Shown one piece after another: positions 10,002 to 15,135 of a stretch of 64,000 bases of DNA; within the stretch, counting starts at the first letter, position 1, and every line of letters begins with the position of its first letter. Both the position numbers and the translations under genes were made by a program. The notes beneath the pieces are model-generated. The model saw only the letters and a program-made list of their open reading frames with translations, ran no database searches and was not told the origin of the DNA. Source of the stretch: an uncultured Alphaproteobacteria bacterium (GTDB lineage Bacteria > Pseudomonadota > Alphaproteobacteria > CAAHEQ01 > UBA3637); the NCBI GenBank assembly GCA_944392145.1, contig CALXVS010000001.1, positions 11,502 to 75,501 of the forward strand, in the 5' to 3' direction.

Positions 10002-11435
10002 CTAATCCCCGACGCGGCACAAAGCGTAGTGGTTGGGGTCGCTGCCGCGATAGTAGTGGTCCACGAGACCATCGCCCAGATAGACGAGGTAAGCGCCACA
10101 CGCACTCCTCGAATCGCTTGTCCAATATGAACCACTCTCATCAAAGGCCCTTTGAAACGCCACCATATTCGCGGAGCGTGTCCCTTTGTCGGACGTTGTT
10201 GTATCCGTATTGCAATACCCCGTCTTACCTGCGCTCACATAATCATAGCCGCAGCCAAAATCAGCAACCGTAGCCATACGTCCCCCAATCGCCTCACAAT
10301 AGTTCTGTGCACTCCACCAGTTCATTTTGCTGCCGGATTTTTGATATGTCCCGACACCGGTAACTGTTACCGGTGTGCCCGAGGCGCTCTCACACGTGCC
10401 ATACGTCGGGGCTTCCGTGCAGGAAGAATTGTTTTGTTTTGAATCCAACTGACAATATTCCCCACTATCTATACCACAATCTCTGTTCGTTACGCACTCG
10501 GGCGTTACACATTCCTTTTTATCGGCATGATATACCTGTCCCGCCATGCACCCCGGAACGCAATAATTTTCAACTACCATCCGGCGTCCACACGCGCGGC
10601 ACAATTCATATTCATACTGACTGTAGATATAATAGCTCCCACTGCTGTCGCACGGATAGCATCGCCCCCCAGACGAAAATTCCTCTCCGGGTGTGCAGGC
10701 CTCACCGTCAAAAAAAGTTGTTTCTTCTTCTTCAAAACCCTCTTTTTCTTGATTTAAATCCGCCGTATACACAAACAACGTTTCCGGGGCTCCCTCACCG
10801 TCTTCTCCACATATGCTATAATTATCTGATCTCGGATCATAAACCTTCCCCGAAACGATAATCTGATACGGAATTGTGTAGTTCTTTAAAATATCCCGAC
10901 ACACCTCTGACGGATAATTGCTTAACGTCACTTCAAATTCGTCCGGATAATACGATTTTTTTGCTTCTATATCATAATCCAAAGCGGTTTTATCCCCAAA
11001 CTCGCCGTTGCTTAAAGTTTCTCCGGACCGTATCTCGTTATTTAAAACCTGTGTGGCATACACAACCGCCCGTTTGTTCAGTTCATCTATCGTCTCGTTC
11101 GCGCGGGATTTATCCATCGCATACCGATAGCCTGCAATCCCTCCAATACTTAATACGCCCACAATCGCCAACACGCCCAGCATCTCCATCATGCTCCGAC
11201 CCGTTTCGGATAGGCGGGGGCGACGGGATGTTACGGTCGGGGACAGGGTGTCCCTAGGCGTGGTATCGTCCCGGCCGTCATCCTTGCGAAAGTAAGCATC
11301 CAGCAACATTGAGACCGCTTTCCCCGCGATAGCGGACAACCAATGCCATGTCATCCTTGTGCTTGACACGAGGATCCAGGAAAATTGATTCCACTTTAAA
11401 AAAACACCTTTGTTGAAAAATCCCTTAAAACGCAT
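10002..11435 (-). CDS. Pilin-like modular protein, paralog 1: long leader + prepilin-type N-terminal motif + head region + Cys-rich module + C-terminal lectin-like (DUF1566/CTLD-like) domain
   Basis: 477 aa with SD AGGGAG 6 nt before the ATG. Residues 75-113 are LSETG|RSMMEMLGVLAIVGVLSIGGIAGYRYAMDKSRANETIDEL (Gly at -1, Glu at +5, ~20 hydrophobic residues, amphipathic continuation). There is one CxxC...CxxC six-Cys module, then KMNWWSAQNYCEAIGG...YWTSDS...HYALCRVGD. Confidence 0.8.
   Translation of the reverse strand: MRFKGFFNKGVFLKWNQFSWILVSSTRMTWHWLSAIAGKAVSMLLDAYFRKDDGRDDTTPRDTLSPTVTSRRPRLSETGRSMMEMLGVLAIVGVLSIGGIAGYRYAMDKSRANETIDELNKRAVVYATQVLNNEIRSGETLSNGEFGDKTALDYDIEAKKSYYPDEFEVTLSNYPSEVCRDILKNYTIPYQIIVSGKVYDPRSDNYSICGEDGEGAPETLFVYTADLNQEKEGFEEEETTFFDGEACTPGEEFSSGGRCYPCDSSGSYYIYSQYEYELCRACGRRMVVENYCVPGCMAGQVYHADKKECVTPECVTNRDCGIDSGEYCQLDSKQNNSSCTEAPTYGTCESASGTPVTVTGVGTYQKSGSKMNWWSAQNYCEAIGGRMATVADFGCGYDYVSAGKTGYCNTDTTTSDKGTRSANMVAFQRAFDESGSYWTSDSRSACGAYLVYLGDGLVDHYYRGSDPNHYALCRVGD
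11265..11393 (-). repeat. In-frame palindromic insertion element in the leader-coding region of paralog 1 (shared with paralog 2, absent from paralog 3)
   Basis: ~129 nt encoding WNQFSWILVSSTRMTWHWLSAIAGKAVSMLLDAYFRKDDGRDD. The core 11311..11384 (gagaccgctttccccgcgatagcggacaaccaatgccatgtcatccttgtgcttgacacgaggatccaggaaaa) is almost identical to 35695..35768. It contains the hairpins ccgcgatagcgg and atccttgtg-cttga-cacgaggat. Confidence 0.7.
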
Positions 11436-11647
11436 GTTTTATCTCCCTTTATAAAAATACCGTCCTTTGTCTTAAATAAAGGATCGTTTTTTTTAGACAT
11501 TCTGTCTTTAAAGAAAGAATACCCCCTTAAAAGATTCCTTTTCTTTGAAATTTCAATTCCTTATTTTTTTGTTGACACACTTTTTAAAACATGCTAATTT
11601 AACCCAAAAAGGCGTTACATTCTAACGATCCTTTTCTTTGGACATGC
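11436..11647 (-). promoter_or_regulatory. Conserved 5' cassette of the pilin-like family (copy 1): proximal leader block with SD, distal block with terminator-like hairpin
   Basis: Near-identical to 48089..48298. The proximal block is 11436..11500 and the distal block is 11559..11647. The 20-nt motif ggatcgttttttttagacat (11481) is repeated as cgatccttttctttggacat (11626), 145 nt apart. Hairpin aaaaaggcgtta-cattc-taacgatcctttt lies at 11606..11635. TTGACA-17-TAATTT sits on the + strand at 11572..11600. Confidence 0.6.
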
Positions 11648-11773
11648 TTTTTATCTTTACAACTTATTGATAAAAAACAATAAAAATACTTTTTTATATT
11701 CTTTTGGAATACCCGAAAAAATAAAAGACTTGCTTTTTTTTAAAAAATATGTCAGGATAACCTCACTTTAGAG

Positions 11774-11864
11774 GGATGGATGGCCGAGTGGTTGAAGGCG
11801 CACGCCTGGAAAGTGTGTTTAGGTCCAAAGCCTAACGTGGGTTCGAATCCCACTCCATCCGCCA
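11774..11864 (+). tRNA. tRNA-Ser (anticodon GGA)
   Basis: Manual fold: acceptor GGATGGA/TCCATCC, D arm GCC-GAGTGGTTGAA-GGC, anticodon stem CACGC/GTGTG with loop CTGGAAA, long variable arm (TTTAGGTCCAAAGCCTAAC), T arm GTGGG-TTCGAAT-CCCAC, encoded CCA. Confidence 0.9.
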
Positions 11865-11870
11865 GTTAAT

Positions 11871-11945
11871 GACCCTATCATCTAGCGGTTAGGATACAGC
11901 CCTCTCAAGGCTGGTACGCGGGTTCAATTCCCGCTAGGGTCGCCA
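11871..11945 (+). tRNA. tRNA-Glu (anticodon CUC)
   Basis: Manual fold: acceptor GACCCTA/TAGGGTC, anticodon stem CAGCC/GGCTG with loop CTCTCAA, T arm GCGGG-TTCAATT-CCCGC, encoded CCA. The D region TCTAGCGGTTAGGA is typical of Glu. Confidence 0.85.
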
Positions 11946-12021
11946 TTTTCTTTTTTCATTGACAGATTATATAAGGCGGCATATCCTGAACTTTAAAACA
12001 GATGTTAAAGGACTGTTATTT

Positions 12022-12918
12022 ATGTCACACGCGCAAGAATCAGAAACAAATCATCATCATTTACATGCAACGTCTAAAACGATTCGGGCTTTAAGCATTG
12101 CTTTTGTTGTAAACCTGATCTTATCGGGGGCTGAAATCATCGGCGGCCTTATTGCAGGCAGTGTTGCATTGATTGCCGACGCCTTACACAATACATCGGA
12201 CGCTTTTTCTATTTTAATTGCCGTTATTGCCTTTAAAATCGGTCAGAAAAAAGCGACAACAAAATATACCTATGGTTTTAAACGCGCCGAAATCATCGGC
12301 GGCTTTGTTAACTTAATTTTATTGTTTGTTTCGGGTCTTTATCTGATTTTAGAAGGTGGGGTAAAGCTGATTAACCCCGAACCGATTGAAGGCGGCATCA
12401 TTATTTGGGTATCCGTTTTGGCACTTGTCATTGATACCGTAACAGCCCGTTTGTCACACCATGGCGCTGAACATAACGCCAATATTCGCATGGTTTTTTT
12501 ACATAACATGGCAGACGCTTTAGGATCTGTCGGTGTCATCATTTCCGGGTTCTGTGCCCTTTACTTTAATCTTTATTGGGTGGATGGCCTGATTGCTTTA
12601 AGTATTGCCGCTTACATGATTTTTCAATCTATCCGTTCTTTTCCGGGATTCGTTGCCATCTTAATGAACGCGGCACCCGAATCGCCTGATACCGCGGAAA
12701 TCATACAGGCATTACAAACCCTGCCTGGTGTCAAAAATGCACATCACCTGCACATGTGGTGCTTAAGCGAGCATGAGATTGCCCTTGAGTGTCACCTGGA
12801 AACCAATCATCCCAAGGCAGCACAGGCGGCCGAAACACTTCTTAAAAACCGATTCGGGATTCGTCATTGCACGATACAAACAGAAAATCGCCTGCATTGT
12901 CCGTCATGCGACCTTTAA
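12022..12918 (+). CDS. Cation diffusion facilitator family transporter (CzcD/ZitB-like)
   Basis: His-rich N-terminus (ETNHHHLH), six TM segments, ADALHNTSD and HNMADALGS motifs, and a C-terminal cytoplasmic domain with HHLHMW. I prefer the start at M22 of the track ORF. A TTGACA-17-TATCCT promoter candidate lies at 11959..11987. Confidence 0.85.
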   Translation: MSHAQESETNHHHLHATSKTIRALSIAFVVNLILSGAEIIGGLIAGSVALIADALHNTSDAFSILIAVIAFKIGQKKATTKYTYGFKRAEIIGGFVNLILLFVSGLYLILEGGVKLINPEPIEGGIIIWVSVLALVIDTVTARLSHHGAEHNANIRMVFLHNMADALGSVGVIISGFCALYFNLYWVDGLIALSIAAYMIFQSIRSFPGFVAILMNAAPESPDTAEIIQALQTLPGVKNAHHLHMWCLSEHEIALECHLETNHPKAAQAAETLLKNRFGIRHCTIQTENRLHCPSCDL

Positions 12919-12951
12919 AGAAACGCCCGCGATAAGCGGGCGTTTCTTTTT
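12919..12951. terminator. Bidirectional intrinsic terminator
   Basis: agaaacgcccgc-gataa-gcgggcgtttct stem-loop followed by ttttt. It sits between convergent genes. Confidence 0.8.
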
Positions 12952-12952
12952 C

Positions 12953-13675
12953 CTATCGACCATTGCCGGCGGCTTTTTGAAGCATTGCCGCCTTTGACGG
13001 ATCACGCGTTACCTCATAAGCCTTTTTAAACTCCTCGGCCTGAATCATCCGAATACCGGCACTGTCTTTAATTAAATAAGCGCCCTTTTTATCCGCAATT
13101 TGCGGAGAACCCGTCGGTCCGCGGAATTTCGTTCCGGCAGGGACAAATACCGCCGAAACAGCTTCTTTATTTTTAACATAAGAACCTGCCTTACCCGGTT
13201 TGAAATCCTCTTTTTTCGGGGCATCCTTTAATCCCGCGGCAAAAGATAAATCCGAATCCCACAAATCTGCTTTACCCCCATCGTTGACAACATGTTTAGA
13301 CAAGTAATCCACAAAAGCAGCAACCTCTTTAGTATCTTTCAACGCGTCCGGATGTTCTTTCAAATAAGCATCTATTTTTTCTTTCCGCCCCGGTGCATCA
13401 TAACAAATCAGCACACCTTCGTTTTTCTTTAAAACCTGTTTTGAACCGTCTTTGGGGTTTTGAAAGGCGAACCCGTCTACTTCTTCTTCATACGGACCAT
13501 TTGGTCCCCATTCGCCACGCATATGTTTTTCGGCACCCTGAAATCCATAAACGGGAATAATAATCCGTTTCATATCCGACGGTACGGCCTCAATCGCTTT
13601 ACCCTTTTCAAATAAAACCTCGGCATCTTTTCCGCTTAATTCACCGGCAGCGGCACTTAATGTTTCTTTCATCAT
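12953..13675 (-). CDS. Hypothetical protein (no signal peptide, Lys/Asp/Glu-rich), no family recognised
   Basis: 240-aa ORF with clean coding appearance. I recognise no motif. Confidence 0.5.
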   Translation of the reverse strand: MMKETLSAAAGELSGKDAEVLFEKGKAIEAVPSDMKRIIIPVYGFQGAEKHMRGEWGPNGPYEEEVDGFAFQNPKDGSKQVLKKNEGVLICYDAPGRKEKIDAYLKEHPDALKDTKEVAAFVDYLSKHVVNDGGKADLWDSDLSFAAGLKDAPKKEDFKPGKAGSYVKNKEAVSAVFVPAGTKFRGPTGSPQIADKKGAYLIKDSAGIRMIQAEEFKKAYEVTRDPSKAAMLQKAAGNGR

Positions 13676-14091
13676 GGTTCTCTCCTTTTTACGTTAAACG
13701 CCATAAAGTTTATCTGTTACGGTTTTATTTTAGCATTGTTTTTGTAAAAAGTATACAAAAAAAGGTTTCCAAAAAAACGAATCGCTTTTAAAAAATTAAA
13801 TACCGTCCCCAAAGAGCCCCCTCCCTGTTTTAAAAATTTTTTTATAAAATATATTACAGAAAAATACCTGCAAAATTTGTTGTTTTCATAAAATTTGACT
13901 GACTTTCGGCTTCTGTCTAAAAAAATTTTTTTAAAATTTGTTTTTATATTTTTTTAAAAATCACCTTGATTTATTTAAAAAAAGTCTTATTTTAAAAAGA
14001 AAAGAACCAGAAGGGGTGGGCGAATCCTTATTTGGTATATTTAAAAAAAGATTTTTTAATTATTCTTTAACTTTTACATAAGGAGCGAAAC

Positions 14092-14325
14092 ATGACTAAG
14101 TCAATTTTTACGCCGGAATATCAATTATTTTTAAAACTGCTGTTGCAAGGCCGCAAAAAAGCAGGCATGACACAAGTTCAGTTGGCAGCACAGCTGAAAA
14201 AACCTCAATCGTTTGTTTGCAAGTTTGAAAAAGGTGAAAGACGATTGGATATCATTGAATTTTTGGAAATTGCGCGCATCTTAAATATTGATGCGGGTGA
14301 AATAATTCAACGTCTGCAAAAATAA
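14092..14325 (+). CDS. XRE-family helix-turn-helix transcriptional regulator
   Basis: 77 aa. GMTQVQLAAQLKKPQSFVCKFEKGERRLDIIEFLEIARIL is a classic HTH_3/Cro-C1 pattern. SD AAGGAG lies upstream. Confidence 0.8.
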   Translation: MTKSIFTPEYQLFLKLLLQGRKKAGMTQVQLAAQLKKPQSFVCKFEKGERRLDIIEFLEIARILNIDAGEIIQRLQK

Positions 14326-14327
14326 GG

Positions 14328-15014
14328 CTATTTGACCGAATCGCTTTCTTTCAAAACATACCCACGGCCCCAAACCGTGTGTATGTAATGTTGGCCGCCG
14401 GAAAGTTTTTCAATTTTGCGGCGGATTTTGCACAAAAAAACATCAATAATTTTCATTTCGGGCTCATCAATTCCCCCGTAAAGGTGGTTTAAAATCTGTT
14501 CTTTGCTTAAAACCCCCCCCTTACGCAAAGCCAGCAGTTCCATCAAAGCATATTCTTTGGCGGTTAAAGCAAGTTTTTGCCCCAAAACAGTTACGTTTTT
14601 TTGACTGAAATTGATTTCAAGCGCTCCGATTCGCACAACCGAATCGGGGTGTCCTTTAAATCGCCGCACAACGGCATCCACACGCGCTGTCAGCTCCCTC
14701 GGATCAAATGGAAAGATTAAATAATCATCTGCACCGGCATCAAAACACCGTAGTTTTTCTTCTAAATCATTATGGGTCGCCAACACAACCAACGGTACCG
14801 TTAAAGGCACCTGGCGAAGCGTTTTAATCATGTCGGAACAGATATCCCTCTCAAACAACGGTGACACAATAATTAAATCATAATCGTAAATACGGGCCAA
14901 ATCAACAGCTTCCGGAATACAGTGAACCACATCAACCATCATTGCACGTCCTTTAAGTAAAACCGACGCTGTTGTTATCAGTGGCCGATCCGATTCAACA
15001 GATAGAATACGCAT
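14328..15014 (-). CDS. CtrA-like OmpR-family response regulator with degenerate receiver domain
   Basis: 228 aa from MRILSVESD. It is colinear with Caulobacter CtrA as I remember it (DLARIYDYDLIIV..., GADDY, KEYALMELLALRKG, LNHLYGGIDEPEMKIIDVFLCKIRRKI, HTVWGRGYVL). However, the D51 position is Ser and the KPF Lys is Phe. Confidence 0.8.
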   Translation of the reverse strand: MRILSVESDRPLITTASVLLKGRAMMVDVVHCIPEAVDLARIYDYDLIIVSPLFERDICSDMIKTLRQVPLTVPLVVLATHNDLEEKLRCFDAGADDYLIFPFDPRELTARVDAVVRRFKGHPDSVVRIGALEINFSQKNVTVLGQKLALTAKEYALMELLALRKGGVLSKEQILNHLYGGIDEPEMKIIDVFLCKIRRKIEKLSGGQHYIHTVWGRGYVLKESDSVK

Positions 15015-15077
15015 GCTGTTTCCCCTTGCAATCAATGAAAGATAATTAAAAATATCTTAATAAACAGGATAAGGCAA

Positions 15078-15122
15078 GAAAAAACGGCCCTTTCTTAAAA
15101 AAAAGAAAGAACCGTTTTTTTT
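15078..15122 (-). terminator. Intrinsic terminator downstream of ileS (bidirectional shape)
   Basis: acggccctttctt-aaaaaaaa-gaaagaaccgt imperfect stem flanked by an A-run and a T-run. Confidence 0.6.
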
Positions 15123-15135
15123 AAACAACGCCGCG

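Noticed and set aside
10005-10370. Diversity-generating retroelement (DGR) target. The C-type-lectin-like C-terminus of paralog 1 resembles the kind of domain that DGRs diversify.
   Set aside because: - No reverse transcriptase gene is present in the window.
- I could find no second (template-repeat) copy of the 3' end nearby.
- The terminal region is not rich in Asn AAY codons.
- A DGR elsewhere in the genome cannot be excluded from this window.
11436-11500. Conserved upstream ORF, MSKKNDPLFKTK(D/G)GIFIKGD..., overlapping the SD and start of paralogs 1 and 3 in another frame.
   Set aside because: - No SD precedes its ATG.
- The downstream parts of the two versions differ in length and sequence.
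- Copy 2 has no equivalent.
- The amino-acid conservation is fully explained by nucleotide conservation of the leader.
11590-11625. Sigma54 (-24/-12) promoter in the conserved distal block, as is common for pilin genes.
   Set aside because: - The minus strand has TTTTTGG(G/A)TTAAATTAGCA.
- The GG-to-GC spacing is one nucleotide short of the TGGCAC-N5-TTGCA geometry.
- The -12 element reads TTAGCA rather than TTGCA.
- This is not good enough to call.
11774-11945. A genomic island integrated at the tRNA-Ser/tRNA-Glu pair and carrying paralog 1.
   Set aside because: - No integrase is present.
- I saw no direct repeat of a tRNA 3' end on the far side of the gene.
- The other two paralogs are not next to tRNAs.
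- The adjacency is noted but not supported as an island.
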